The position numbers and the translations under genes are program-made. This document shows, piece by piece, positions 28,863 to 39,695 of a stretch of DNA of 57,929 nucleotides (positions within the stretch are counted from its first letter, which is position 1; each line of letters opens with the position of its first letter). The stretch spans positions 1 through 57,929 of the IMG/VR virus record IMGVR_UViG_3300032050_000160. One strand, written 5' to 3'. The notes under the pieces were generated by a model, which was not told the origin of the DNA, made no database searches, and saw only the letters and a list, made by a program, of their open reading frames with translations. Source of the stretch: a virus (taxonomy: Duplodnaviria > Caudoviricetes).

Positions 28863-31800
28863 TATAAGTTTGCTCCTCTAAGTCTCTTTGAGTCTACTTG
28901 CTTAATGTGCGTCATTACTGCCCGTGCAATTTCGTCAGGGTTTGCATCAGACTTAACATTGACATTAATACTATAATTATACACTGAGTCTCCTATTGAG
29001 TCCCCACTATTAATTGCTCTCATTTTATCTATTCCATGAGAATTTACTGCATACCTACTCATTACAAACTCCCCTGGAGTTAACATTGCTGGAACAGTAT
29101 CTGTGCCTTTAGCAAATCCACCATTTAAGAAACGTGGTATTGTTCCACCCATTGAACGATATAGTGATCCTGTTAATCCACCTTTACGAAGGTATCTTGG
29201 TTTTATAATACCGCCTTTAGAGGCTACTTGAATAAAGTCTCCTCCTGCTCCACCCTCACCATCTCCAGGAACCCAGTATGGTCCATCATATTCAATATCT
29301 ATATCTCCATAAGGATTTTTTACAACACTGGTAGCCTGAGAAACTGCTGCATTAATTCCTGCTATTGTTGTTGCATCATCAACATTACTAAGTGCAGTCC
29401 CCACATCGTACATATTATCTGCTAGGACTTCAGTTGATGCTCTTAATGCTGCTAATTCTGCCTCTAATGCTGTAGTGTCTTCTCCTCTTTCCATTGCTTC
29501 TGCAATCTTAAGTTCTAGGTCGACTATCTTTTGATCGTTATTTCCAAGTTGAGTATAGAAATTATCTAGATATCCAGTTAAAGTTCCTTGAGCCTGTGCC
29601 TGTGCTTGCTCAAAAGTAAGAGGTTTTTTGGTAAGTCCTGCATTATAAAGAGCAAGAGCAGAAACAGCAGCAAGAATAGCATCTCCAACTCCAAGCCATC
29701 CATCCTTCATTAAATTAACAAGAGTATTTGAAAATTCAATAACATCATTATAATATCCAGCATCTATTCTTGCAAATCCAATTGCAAGTTGAGCATCTCT
29801 CCAAACTTCTCGTTGCCTATCTATTGCCTCTATAGCAGCATCTCTTTGCTTCTGATAATCTTTTAAGGTCTTATTGGCCAAATCTAATTCGTCTTGTGCA
29901 AGTTTTAATCTTCCAACTTTAATATCATAAATCTTATCTTCAATTTGTCTAATTTCTAATAACTGAGCGTCTCGTTTCTTTTCAAGTTCATACACCTGCT
30001 GACTAATTGCAAACTGACGATTTTCTATTTGTAATCTAGTTAGCCCACCTTTACTTCTTAGATTTGCAATCTGTTGATCTTTTGCAGCACCCAAAACTCC
30101 TAATTGATCCTCTTTCATTGCCTCTATCTCGGATGCTCTCATTTCTTGTGCTGCTGCGGCTGCTGCAGAAATATCACCTTGAGATAAAGCATCTGCAAGT
30201 GTTAGTTGTTGCTTTTGTTGATTTGCAATTCTTGAATTTATTTCAAATACTTTTGTTAAAGCATCTGCCTGCTCATCATATCTCTTAGTTATTTCATCAG
30301 CACTTCTATTCATTAAATCAAGATCATTACCTAAATCTGATGACTCTTTCTGTAATATTTCTATTGGTCGTGTTATTTCTAATTCAATCTTTCTTTGTTT
30401 TGCATCGATATTATCTTGATAGTCTTGTATTTCTTTATTGATGCCGTCAATTTTTTCTTGAGTCTTATCAATAGCATCCTGAGCATTTTTAAGTAATGGC
30501 TCAAAATCATCCTCAATCTTACCTTCTAGCAAGTCATAATACTCCATAGCCTTGCTAAATAACTTATCAAATTCCTCTTCTTGGCCTTCTCTTGTAGAAA
30601 GTTTAATTTGCAAATCAAATGTTTTGGATTCTGGTATTTCATCAATATATTTCTTTAATTGTTCTGCATCTAACTTACCATCTTTTAGATCTTGGATAAA
30701 TGCTTTTGCAAGATTTGGATTACTTAATATTTCATTAACATCACTTAAACTAAGGCCCATATCTACAAGTAATGGAGCAATTGCAGCAAAGTCTTCTTTA
30801 AGTTGAATTGTTGCAGTTCTTTCTTTAAAGAACTTAGTATTTTCTAATGCCTTTACTAAGTCTAATAAATTTTGTGTTTCTAAAACTAAATCCTTTAAAT
30901 CTTCAGTAATTGCTTTTGGATTAAGAGCAATATATGCTGCCATTCCTTCTTGTTGTATTAGGTTAAGAGCAGTTTCATATTCTACTCCCTGTGCTGTAAG
31001 AGTATTTAGGGCAGTAATTTGATCCTGTATTGCACTTTTTTCTGGCAATATTTTTGTAATATTATTTTTTGCAATTGTTGAATAATACTCATTAAGAGAT
31101 TTAGTTACTCCTTTAATTTCATCCTCAGAAAATATTTTCGCACCGCTTGCAATATCTGCTGTTAAATCTTTATTATTTTTTATAAAATCTGATGCTAACT
31201 GTGCGCTCATCTTAAAACCAAGAACTCCGTTTGTTAATTTTTGAAACGCAATTGTTTGATCATCAGTTTGTTTAATTGACTCTCTTTGAGAATTAATAAA
31301 GTCTACAAGGGTTCCTTGCTTAAATGCTTCATTAATTGCTCCAACTATTGTCTGACTTGCTTCTAATTGCCTATCTTCTGGTGCTAAACGATTTAATACC
31401 TTTTCTACACCTGGGAATACCTTGAGAGAATATTCTCCTTCTTTATTAATATTAAATAATTGTTTTGTAATTTCCTCAAATTGTTCTGCATCTAAACCTT
31501 TTAAGAAATCTAAAAATGAACTAGAAAGTGTTATTCCAGCCTTTGATGCTGCTGTTTGTATTTTTTCAATAGCACTTCTTTGTTTATCAAGTGCTCCAAG
31601 CATTGGATTATCTTTAAATAATTTTGGCCCAAAGTATTTTTGAACCTGTCCAAGCAGTTGCTTAAAGTTACCAGTTGCATCTATTGAAGCCTCTTTAAAT
31701 AGTTTAAGTTTTTGCAACAAATCAGAAAGCCAGGATGTGTCTTGTTTCTCTCCTGTTGTATCCCCAGTCGAGATTGGTTTATTTACTGTATCATTTTTTG

Positions 31801-34800
31801 CTGGAGGAAATATTCTATTCATTAGATCGGCAGTATAAGTTTGTGCTACTTTTTGTCCTGCAGCAGAACTTTGATATGCTGCAAACTCTTTAGCAAATAA
31901 ATCTGCTTGATATCCCTGACCAGAATTAGCAAAATCTTTAAGAGACTTTCCTTTTTCAGTTTTTAAAAAAGCAGCCTTTTGTTCTGATGTTATTTGTCCA
32001 CTTATACTATCACTAACAGTTAATGTTGCTAGTGTCATCATTGCTTGAAGTCTTACATTAGGATCAAGAGATGAAAGAAGTTTCCAGTTTTTAATTGCAG
32101 TATCTAATACATTATTAGTTACTCCTTGTCCATTTAATTCTGTTTTATATGACTGTAATGCTTCTAATGTAATTGGTTTTCCATCAAACTTTTTCTTAAG
32201 AGAGTTTGCATCTCTGCCAACTCTTTCAAGCAATATAACATCATTTGGATCAATTTCTGTATCAATCTTAATACCGACAAACTCTGGTAATTTAATTAAC
32301 TCTTCTAGGCCAGAGTATAAATCATTTACGCTTTCAGTATATCCTCTTAATAAGTTTGCATCAACAATATTTTTTAAATTCTTTTGTGCATTTTTACCAA
32401 GGTACTGTGCTATTTCGGCAAATCTTGTAAGACCTTCAGTTCCTGTTGTTCTAACAATTAATTCAATTTCTTTTTTCAAATCTCCTTTATCTGCTGTTAA
32501 GGTTGCAACAAGTGCTTCTGCCTGGCCTAAACTAAGTTGATCTGATGTTATTAAAGCCTGAATTTGAATAGTACCCTTTTGATCAAGATTAGCAGCCTGC
32601 ATACTTGATGTTAATTGATCTGCTCTAGCCTTTAAAAATGGATCATCTTTGAATTTTTGACTAAGTTGTTCTTTATAAGCATCAGCATATTTGTTTTTTG
32701 CTTCTTGAGTAGTCAGTTGATCAATATAATTTGCAGAGTCTGTAATTATTTTAGCCTGCTGAACTCTTGATTTATTAATAGCATCATTTCGTTTGGTCTC
32801 TAGATCTAAGATTTGTTCTTCAAGATTTGCTCTTTCTTTAGCAGTTTTTGCTTGTTGTCTTCTAATTTCTAAATTTTGTATGGAAGCATTATATTCAGCA
32901 TTCATAGCATCAATACCTTGTTGGCTTAATGATAGATTTTGCGCTACTGTTCCAGCAAGTTGTCCAGCAACTTTTGCAATAACCTTCTTTTCTTCACCTC
33001 TTTGGAGTTGTCGTGCTGCAAAGACTAAGGAAGCAGTAATTGCTTCTCCAATTACAAGTGATGCTACTGCTCCAATTCCAAGAGTTTCTGGTCCAGTTGC
33101 AGCAGCAGCAGCATATTTTGCAACTCTTGCTACTTTTGCCGCTTTGAGTAAACTGGCAGCAGTTCCAGAAGCCGCAATACCCTGAAGTTGTGCAGTTTCA
33201 CTCCATTGAAGTGGATTGCCCATAATCGCTCCACCAGGCTTTAAGTTTGCACGTTTACCACCAATGCCAAGTAATCCTTGATTAACATCGCCTGCTGTTT
33301 TATTTAATTGACTTAATGAAAGTTGTTCTAATTCTCTTGCATCAGTCATCAATTTAACATTTAATTCATATGGGTTTTTGGATAAATTAATACCGTTAGG
33401 TCCGACAAGTTCAATTATTCTACCCCGAAGATTTGCCTCAAGCACTGTATCATTTAATGATCTAGCAATATTAGTTGCAATAGATTCTGCTTGATCTGCT
33501 GTTAACACACCCTGTTGTACTGCGGATCCTAATTGATTTGCTAAATTTTTTGCAGCAACATCTGTACCCATAGTTTTAACAGTTTTATTAAATTCTGACA
33601 TAAAGGCTTTGCCTGTTTCAGATCCCAAAAAGTTAAAACCAAATGTTTGATTGACTGGCGTAATCTCAGTAGTTCTTTTAGCACGTTGAGCAGCAGAAAC
33701 TTGTGTTATGGAGACCTGATTTGTATATTTGCCAAGAGACTCTAGTTTAGCAGTGGTCATAGACATTGCTTTTGCCTGTGCTTCTCCATCAAGTAGTGCC
33801 TGTTTAATTTGTGCTGACTGCATTTTATATAATCCTACTAGCCCTACAATAGATGCAATCATCATTTTTAATGGACTATTAAGTAATGGCAGTATGCCTG
33901 CAAGTGCAGTTACGCCCATAAGTAAATTCATATTTTGACCAGCAAAACTATCTGGCTTTGCCATTCCATACATCATTGCAGTAGAAGCAACAGCACCTAA
34001 AGCCATAGAAGGACCTAGTCCTCTTTGCATTCTTTGATTTTGACGATAGTTCTGTTTTTCTTGATAACTTAAACGTCTTCCAGTTTCTGGATCAACATCT
34101 GGAACTTTACCATATCCAAGCATATATCCACGAACACCACGTGTTCTGTTAAGTTTTTTATCGTCATTTGCTATTTGCTGAGTAGTTCTAGCAGAAGTTC
34201 TTGTTGCATCAGTATCGTCTTGAACTGCTGCTGTATTTGCAGCAACGGTATTATTAAGTGCCATGAACGGTTGTGCAACTGCTGGAGGAACTGCTTTAGT
34301 TGATCTTACTGGTTCTGCATTAACTGCATTTACTATTGCCCTTTCAGCACGAGCAGACATTCTTCCTACAATGCCGCCTCTTGTTTTACCTCTTTCGATC
34401 TTTCCTGCTATTTTTTCTGCTATTCTATCTACATTAGCCTCTGCTCTTGATGTTCTATAATTTGTATATCTTGTATCATCTGCCCAAGGATCATCTAAAT
34501 TTGATCCAGCATAACCAGGAACATTATCTGCAATGATAGATTTTATTAATGGTTGATACTTTGCGGTTTGTGCTGTTGGAATTACTGCTTCTCCTGGCGA
34601 CAACATTGCAGGAACAACATCTCCAGCACCCTTTGGTCCAGGTACTGAAAATACACCATTAGCATACTTTCTAACTCTTCCACCTTTAGCAAATTCATCA
34701 ACTATAGATGATTTGCGTGTTTCTGGATCTGTTCTATATGATCTATACTGCAAACCAATATCAGTATCTTTTATTTTAACTTTATCATAAAATCCATTTG

Positions 34801-37800
34801 CTATTCTTCTTTCTAAAAGAAGCATTGCTGCTTTGTGTGTTGCAGGAAGTTGCGTTCCCATATTAGAAGCAACCATTTCTTTAACTTTTAGATAATTAAG
34901 GAAATCTTCAGCCTCTTTAGCAGTAAATATATGAGAACCTTTAAGTGGATATCCTTTTCTTTCATATGCCAATGTTCTATTAATTACACCAACATCTCGA
35001 CTTCCTGTTCTAGTTGACCACAGGAATCTATCTTTAGGATCTATATGGGCAACATCAACAGTTAGATATTTTTTAATTGTATTTTTTTCTTCAGCAGTTA
35101 ACCTTGGAGTATCTTCAAGAAAATCTATATCAGATTTTAATGACCTAAGAACTTTTGCAGCATTTGAACTTGGATCTGCCATTGCAGCCTTTGTTAATGC
35201 ACTTTTAACTTCTGAAGGAGCATTTTTATTCTTTTTCTTACCTGCTGATCCAACCTGACCAAATATGCTAGAAGGTCTTAATGGTTTCTTTTTAACTTTT
35301 TGATATTTATGTAATCTATGTATTAAATATTCGCCAGCAGTCATGCTTGGTCTATCTTTAAATTTTTGAACTCCGCCAGCAGAGACAAGTTCTGCAAAAG
35401 CATCATCAAACTCTTTCTTTTTTGATTTAGCAATCTTATATGTTTCTCCAGTACCTGGGTCTCTTATTATCAAACCATCTTTGTCATCTTCCCATGGTAT
35501 TGATCTCCAATTCTTTAATTTTGGAGAATTAGGATAATATAATGCATTAGTTGTTGCTCTGGCTGCCCCGCCAAATCCAGATAAAGCAAACCCATCCTGA
35601 ACAATACCAAGTCTTGTCTTTGGCATCATAGAACGAATTGAGTTCATCCATGCGCCACCAAATAATCTAGGAACTCCATCTTTACCAATTACTGGACCAC
35701 CAGTAGAATATTTTCTTGCATTTAGTGCATCAAATGTCTCTACTCCATACTTATCTACTGCCTTTGCATTTACTACGTATTCTCCATCAGATACGTATGC
35801 TGGAATTGAGTCTGATGTAGAAGTTCCTGGTCCACTTATCACACCTCCTCCTGCACGACGAAGTGGCGGAACACCTTTTCCAGGAATAAATAGTCCTGGA
35901 TTAGATGCAGAGAATGCCCTCATTGCTGAGGCTCCACTCTGATATTGAGCAATTAAGGCTCCAAGACTTGCTGACTCTATTTTATATGCTGCCGATAATC
36001 TTTCATGAGAAGAATAAAGAGCATTTGTTATTGAAATATTTTCTAGTTCTTCATTTGTTAAATATTGTGTTTTTAATGCAGCATCGCTAGATCCATATGC
36101 TAAAGACTGATATCCTTTACGAAGTACATTAAATCCTTTCATAACGTTTGCAATTGCATTTGCAAGCAAACCAAAAGTCATTAAAAATATTGGTCCTAAT
36201 CCACCTACTACAGCAGTAATTACTGCAATTCCCTTTTTAATCCCATCTGGTAATTTATTAAATTTTTCAGCCATTCGAGTAATAAACTCAATTGCTGGAG
36301 TTAGTGTTTTGGCAAATACCTCTCCAATAGGTGCAATTGCAGCCTTTAGTCTTTCTGTAGCACCTACAAGTTTGTTCATTGCAGAATTTGCTTGAGTTCC
36401 TAATTCTCGCTCTGATAAAATTGCAAGTTCTTCAACAGATGCATTTGCTAATTGCAAAACTCTAGCAGCCTGAGTTCCATCTTTTGTAATATTATTTAAT
36501 AAAGCAGAAATTCTTGCAAACTGATATTTTCCAAATACATCTTCGATGACTCTAGTACGTTGCAATTCTGTTAATGGCTCTAATGCTTGAGCAAATCCAA
36601 CAACTATATTTCTTAAGTTACCCTGGTTTGCTTCAACAATTCCTTTAATATTAACTCCAACATCAGCAGCAGCCTGTGCTGCTTTTTTACTTGGATTAAT
36701 CAAAGAACCAAGACCAGACTTTAATGCGTTAGCACCTTGTGCTGCACTGATACCACCTTCTTGCATAGCAGCCATAAAGAATGCAAGATCTTTAACATCT
36801 CCACCTAACTGTTGAACAACTGGAGCGACACGTGGAATTGCTTCAGTTAAATCTTCAAGGGCAACAACAGTTTGGTTTTCAACAGCGTTTAAAAAGTTAA
36901 TTGTTTGACCTAAATTTTTACTATCAATTTTAAAAGCATTTTGTAGTGCAATTGTAGTCTCAAGTGCTTTCTCTTGAGTAACACCACCAAGGACGGCTAA
37001 CTTATTTGTCTGGTTTACTATTTCTTCTAATTGCTTTCCACTATTACCTGCTGCTGCTGCCTCTGCAGCCATCTTGATTGTTTCAGAAACCTTTAATCCA
37101 TATTTAGTATATTCATCAGCCAATGCTCTTATGTTTTTTAATGCTAGATCTGTTTGTCCTGGATCAGTAAAAATATCTCCATAAACTTTTTTAAACTTAA
37201 TAGTTTCTGTTTCTATTTCTTTAAATACTCTAATTGCCTGTGTTCCAAAAAGCATTAAAGGAACAGTAAAACCAACCATTAACTGACGACCAGCCCACTG
37301 AGTATTCTTACCAAAATTTAATAACTTAGTAGATCCATCATCAAGTAACTTATTAAATATTTGTTGACGCTGTGTTGCCAACATTAATTGTGTTGTTACA
37401 TCTCTATAGTTTAATGCTTTTGGTGTAAACTTAAGGGCATTCATTGCACCCTGAGCATCACGACCTAATTGAACATATTGTTGCTGTAATACTTTTACAC
37501 GTTTTTCAACAAGTTTAGAAACTGTGTCAAATTCGCTACCAAATACTCTACCAAATGTTTTTGTTGATGCAACACCATATCTAAAGTAATCTTTGAGTGA
37601 TAATTTTGATCTATCGAGTGCTGTTGAAAACTGTTCTGTAGCAGTTTTCATTCTGGTCATAGATGCTGTCCACTGACCAGTTGCGTTTACATTATGTAAT
37701 AATCCTTGTGCATATTTTGCTTGCGCTTGCGCTGCAGTTTTTGTACCTATTACAAGAGCACGGTTAAGAGCAGTTAATTCTTTTTCTAAGGCACGAAGTT

Positions 37801-37861
37801 GTGCCATAGCCGAAGAAGTATCAACATTAATAAAAATGTTGCTATTTACATCTCCTGCCAT
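28862..37861 (-). CDS. Tape measure protein (2999 aa)
   Basis: TP901-type TMP domain (NAVENQTVVALEDLTEAIPRVAP...ANALKS), TM segments, long coiled coils; after the tail chaperones. Confidence 0.92.
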   Translation of the reverse strand: MAGDVNSNIFINVDTSSAMAQLRALEKELTALNRALVIGTKTAAQAQAKYAQGLLHNVNATGQWTASMTRMKTATEQFSTALDRSKLSLKDYFRYGVASTKTFGRVFGSEFDTVSKLVEKRVKVLQQQYVQLGRDAQGAMNALKFTPKALNYRDVTTQLMLATQRQQIFNKLLDDGSTKLLNFGKNTQWAGRQLMVGFTVPLMLFGTQAIRVFKEIETETIKFKKVYGDIFTDPGQTDLALKNIRALADEYTKYGLKVSETIKMAAEAAAAGNSGKQLEEIVNQTNKLAVLGGVTQEKALETTIALQNAFKIDSKNLGQTINFLNAVENQTVVALEDLTEAIPRVAPVVQQLGGDVKDLAFFMAAMQEGGISAAQGANALKSGLGSLINPSKKAAQAAADVGVNIKGIVEANQGNLRNIVVGFAQALEPLTELQRTRVIEDVFGKYQFARISALLNNITKDGTQAARVLQLANASVEELAILSERELGTQANSAMNKLVGATERLKAAIAPIGEVFAKTLTPAIEFITRMAEKFNKLPDGIKKGIAVITAVVGGLGPIFLMTFGLLANAIANVMKGFNVLRKGYQSLAYGSSDAALKTQYLTNEELENISITNALYSSHERLSAAYKIESASLGALIAQYQSGASAMRAFSASNPGLFIPGKGVPPLRRAGGGVISGPGTSTSDSIPAYVSDGEYVVNAKAVDKYGVETFDALNARKYSTGGPVIGKDGVPRLFGGAWMNSIRSMMPKTRLGIVQDGFALSGFGGAARATTNALYYPNSPKLKNWRSIPWEDDKDGLIIRDPGTGETYKIAKSKKKEFDDAFAELVSAGGVQKFKDRPSMTAGEYLIHRLHKYQKVKKKPLRPSSIFGQVGSAGKKKNKNAPSEVKSALTKAAMADPSSNAAKVLRSLKSDIDFLEDTPRLTAEEKNTIKKYLTVDVAHIDPKDRFLWSTRTGSRDVGVINRTLAYERKGYPLKGSHIFTAKEAEDFLNYLKVKEMVASNMGTQLPATHKAAMLLLERRIANGFYDKVKIKDTDIGLQYRSYRTDPETRKSSIVDEFAKGGRVRKYANGVFSVPGPKGAGDVVPAMLSPGEAVIPTAQTAKYQPLIKSIIADNVPGYAGSNLDDPWADDTRYTNYRTSRAEANVDRIAEKIAGKIERGKTRGGIVGRMSARAERAIVNAVNAEPVRSTKAVPPAVAQPFMALNNTVAANTAAVQDDTDATRTSARTTQQIANDDKKLNRTRGVRGYMLGYGKVPDVDPETGRRLSYQEKQNYRQNQRMQRGLGPSMALGAVASTAMMYGMAKPDSFAGQNMNLLMGVTALAGILPLLNSPLKMMIASIVGLVGLYKMQSAQIKQALLDGEAQAKAMSMTTAKLESLGKYTNQVSITQVSAAQRAKRTTEITPVNQTFGFNFLGSETGKAFMSEFNKTVKTMGTDVAAKNLANQLGSAVQQGVLTADQAESIATNIARSLNDTVLEANLRGRIIELVGPNGINLSKNPYELNVKLMTDARELEQLSLSQLNKTAGDVNQGLLGIGGKRANLKPGGAIMGNPLQWSETAQLQGIAASGTAASLLKAAKVARVAKYAAAAATGPETLGIGAVASLVIGEAITASLVFAARQLQRGEEKKVIAKVAGQLAGTVAQNLSLSQQGIDAMNAEYNASIQNLEIRRQQAKTAKERANLEEQILDLETKRNDAINKSRVQQAKIITDSANYIDQLTTQEAKNKYADAYKEQLSQKFKDDPFLKARADQLTSSMQAANLDQKGTIQIQALITSDQLSLGQAEALVATLTADKGDLKKEIELIVRTTGTEGLTRFAEIAQYLGKNAQKNLKNIVDANLLRGYTESVNDLYSGLEELIKLPEFVGIKIDTEIDPNDVILLERVGRDANSLKKKFDGKPITLEALQSYKTELNGQGVTNNVLDTAIKNWKLLSSLDPNVRLQAMMTLATLTVSDSISGQITSEQKAAFLKTEKGKSLKDFANSGQGYQADLFAKEFAAYQSSAAGQKVAQTYTADLMNRIFPPAKNDTVNKPISTGDTTGEKQDTSWLSDLLQKLKLFKEASIDATGNFKQLLGQVQKYFGPKLFKDNPMLGALDKQRSAIEKIQTAASKAGITLSSSFLDFLKGLDAEQFEEITKQLFNINKEGEYSLKVFPGVEKVLNRLAPEDRQLEASQTIVGAINEAFKQGTLVDFINSQRESIKQTDDQTIAFQKLTNGVLGFKMSAQLASDFIKNNKDLTADIASGAKIFSEDEIKGVTKSLNEYYSTIAKNNITKILPEKSAIQDQITALNTLTAQGVEYETALNLIQQEGMAAYIALNPKAITEDLKDLVLETQNLLDLVKALENTKFFKERTATIQLKEDFAAIAPLLVDMGLSLSDVNEILSNPNLAKAFIQDLKDGKLDAEQLKKYIDEIPESKTFDLQIKLSTREGQEEEFDKLFSKAMEYYDLLEGKIEDDFEPLLKNAQDAIDKTQEKIDGINKEIQDYQDNIDAKQRKIELEITRPIEILQKESSDLGNDLDLMNRSADEITKRYDEQADALTKVFEINSRIANQQKQQLTLADALSQGDISAAAAAAQEMRASEIEAMKEDQLGVLGAAKDQQIANLRSKGGLTRLQIENRQFAISQQVYELEKKRDAQLLEIRQIEDKIYDIKVGRLKLAQDELDLANKTLKDYQKQRDAAIEAIDRQREVWRDAQLAIGFARIDAGYYNDVIEFSNTLVNLMKDGWLGVGDAILAAVSALALYNAGLTKKPLTFEQAQAQAQGTLTGYLDNFYTQLGNNDQKIVDLELKIAEAMERGEDTTALEAELAALRASTEVLADNMYDVGTALSNVDDATTIAGINAAVSQATSVVKNPYGDIDIEYDGPYWVPGDGEGGAGGDFIQVASKGGIIKPRYLRKGGLTGSLYRSMGGTIPRFLNGGFAKGTDTVPAMLTPGEFVMSRYAVNSHGIDKMRAINSGDSIGDSVYNYSINVNVKSDANPDEIARAVMTHIKQVDSKRLRGANL

Positions 37862-37884
37862 TAACCGCCTCCTGTATTAATTTT

Positions 37885-38208
37885 TTATTGTTGTGCTAAA
37901 GCAAGAAGTGCGGTATCTGAAAGATTCACTCCTGATGCTGCTTCAACAACTTGATAAACTGTTGGAAGGTCTAATAGATCTTCTAGTTTAGCAAGGTCAT
38001 CTGCTAACTCTGGCTTATATTGCTTCATAGCGATCTGAACGCATTCAATAAGCAAAGTCATAGATTTATCATTATCTTCTTGAACATCAGCCAAACCTTC
38101 AAACTTCTTCATAAATTGACGAAGAAGTGATATTTTAAGTGGTCTGATATTAACTTTTGTGCCATCAATAAGAGTAATCTCTTTTTCTTCATGCACAGTT
38201 GTAGCCAT
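37885..38208 (-). CDS. Tail assembly chaperone, short (gpG-like)
   Basis: Directly before the TMP; TLIDGT..IRPLKI; own promoter and AAGGAGG RBS. Confidence 0.7.
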   Translation of the reverse strand: MATTVHEEKEITLIDGTKVNIRPLKISLLRQFMKKFEGLADVQEDNDKSMTLLIECVQIAMKQYKPELADDLAKLEDLLDLPTVYQVVEAASGVNLSDTALLALAQQ

Positions 38209-38234
38209 TTATTCCTCCTTAAGGTATTAAGTAA

Positions 38235-38243
38235 ATTATACCA
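38235..38243 (-). promoter_or_regulatory. Extended -10 promoter (TGGTATAAT)
   Basis: Upstream of the short chaperone and the TMP. Confidence 0.65.
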
Positions 38244-38253
38244 TAGCGAGGTT

Positions 38254-38940
38254 TTATTTTTTAGTTAGATCTTCATAGTCTAGGCCCATACCAATACCAA
38301 ATCCAGCCTTTTGTGCATTTGCCCCTTGTAGGGCTAGAACATCTTTAGCGTTTGCTGCCTTACCTTTACTGAATACTCTAGCCTTCATTTCTTCCCAGGC
38401 ATTTTGTTTCCCGCTTTCTTTATCCAAGTCTACCCCTTGAATTGCTGCTAAAAACTTTTTATTTTGATAGTCTAATTCTCTTTTTATTTTTAATGTAGAT
38501 GTTAATTCTGGCATAGACATAGAGGTTTCTAGTTCTTCATAATCTTTCCAAATACCTAAAAGAAATGCTTCAGACTCTAATTCTGCTAAATCTAACTCTT
38601 CCCAGGTTGCGCCACTTTTTGTTGCCTGATCCTTTACAGAGTCTTCTGATTTTTCATTAACGCTAATTCCGCCAGCAACCTTTAATATTTTATATATGGT
38701 TGGCATATCAATATTATTTTCAAGTTCTTCTTGTGTTTTTATTTTAGGATAAAATTGTCTCATCATTATTGTGGCACAAGAACATAAAGCATCAATTGCC
38801 TCATAATCATTTTTGGCATTCTTTACCCTATCAAACTCTTTCATAAAAAGTTTTAAGTATTTTATTTTTAGTGGAGTTACATATATTTCTGTGCCGTCTA
38901 TTAATGTAACTATTTCACTATCATAAATTTGAGTAGGCAT
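38254..38940 (-). CDS. Tail assembly chaperone, long (gpGT-like); N-half is a paralog of the short chaperone
   Basis: Shares TLIDGT, PLKI, FMK.F and LE...D.PT.Y with 37885-38208, plus a C-terminal extension of about 130 aa; TGGTATAAT 6 nt before the ATG. Confidence 0.7.
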   Translation of the reverse strand: MPTQIYDSEIVTLIDGTEIYVTPLKIKYLKLFMKEFDRVKNAKNDYEAIDALCSCATIMMRQFYPKIKTQEELENNIDMPTIYKILKVAGGISVNEKSEDSVKDQATKSGATWEELDLAELESEAFLLGIWKDYEELETSMSMPELTSTLKIKRELDYQNKKFLAAIQGVDLDKESGKQNAWEEMKARVFSKGKAANAKDVLALQGANAQKAGFGIGMGLDYEDLTKK

Positions 38941-38955
38941 CAATCAATTATACCA

Positions 38956-38992
38956 AAACAGAAAAGCCCAACCTTTTGGGCTGGGCTATCTG
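38956..38992 (-). terminator. Rho-independent terminator after the tail tube gene
   Basis: AGCCCAGCC-CAAAA-GGTTGGGCT followed by TTTCTGTTTT. Confidence 0.8.
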
Positions 38993-39007
38993 TATTATTA
39001 AATTGTA

Positions 39008-39625
39008 TTATAGAGAACGATCTACGATTTTACCGTAAGATGCGTTATCATTTGGAAGCAGACGGAATGAGACTTCAAACATTGTTGCCTCATCACGCTT
39101 TGCACCAACAGTTACGCTCTCAATTGAGAGTGCACGATATGCAACATAGATTCTTTCAATAGAATCTGAGTCAGCACAATCGCCAGTTCCTGGACCAACT
39201 GCAACCAAACCACGCTCTACTGGACATTCGCCAATATCGCCTGCTGAAAGATTGAGTGTTGGATTGCCAGACACCGTGTTCAAATCATCACCTTTGCCTG
39301 CGAGAGCAAAGAGAAGATTTTCGAGTGTAGCCTCAGCAAATGTTGTATTGAGGTTAACTTGCATGCCTTGCTTGAACAACTTAGCAACGTCAAGAACCTG
39401 ATCAACAGCAACTTCACCGAAGTCTGGCTGGAACTGAAGTTCCAAACCATTCATTGTATAACCTACGTTACGGAAACCTTCCTCTGTGGAAAGAGTTTCT
39501 TTGTAGGATGTACCAGCAGTATATCCTGGAAGAATTCCTGCTTCTGGTAGTGGACCATTCTCATACGTAAAAAGTGCTGCTGCACCTACGATAATCTGGG
39601 TACTATCACCACGTGTATATGCCAT
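39008..39625 (-). CDS. Major tail (tube) protein
   Basis: IIVGAA, VGYT..G..L, FAEATLENL, FEVSFRLL; highly biased codons; followed by a terminator. Confidence 0.8.
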   Translation of the reverse strand: MAYTRGDSTQIIVGAAALFTYENGPLPEAGILPGYTAGTSYKETLSTEEGFRNVGYTMNGLELQFQPDFGEVAVDQVLDVAKLFKQGMQVNLNTTFAEATLENLLFALAGKGDDLNTVSGNPTLNLSAGDIGECPVERGLVAVGPGTGDCADSDSIERIYVAYRALSIESVTVGAKRDEATMFEVSFRLLPNDNASYGKIVDRSL

Positions 39626-39695
39626 TTATTTCACCTCTTTATTTTTCTAGAAATTAAAAGGCGTGTTTCCTCATTGATAAGTATACAGCCGTTTA

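Noticed and set aside
37862-37900. Programmed -1 frameshift at the end of the short chaperone
   Set aside because: No slippery heptamer before the stop and only 23 nt to the TMP start, which has its own GGAGG RBS.
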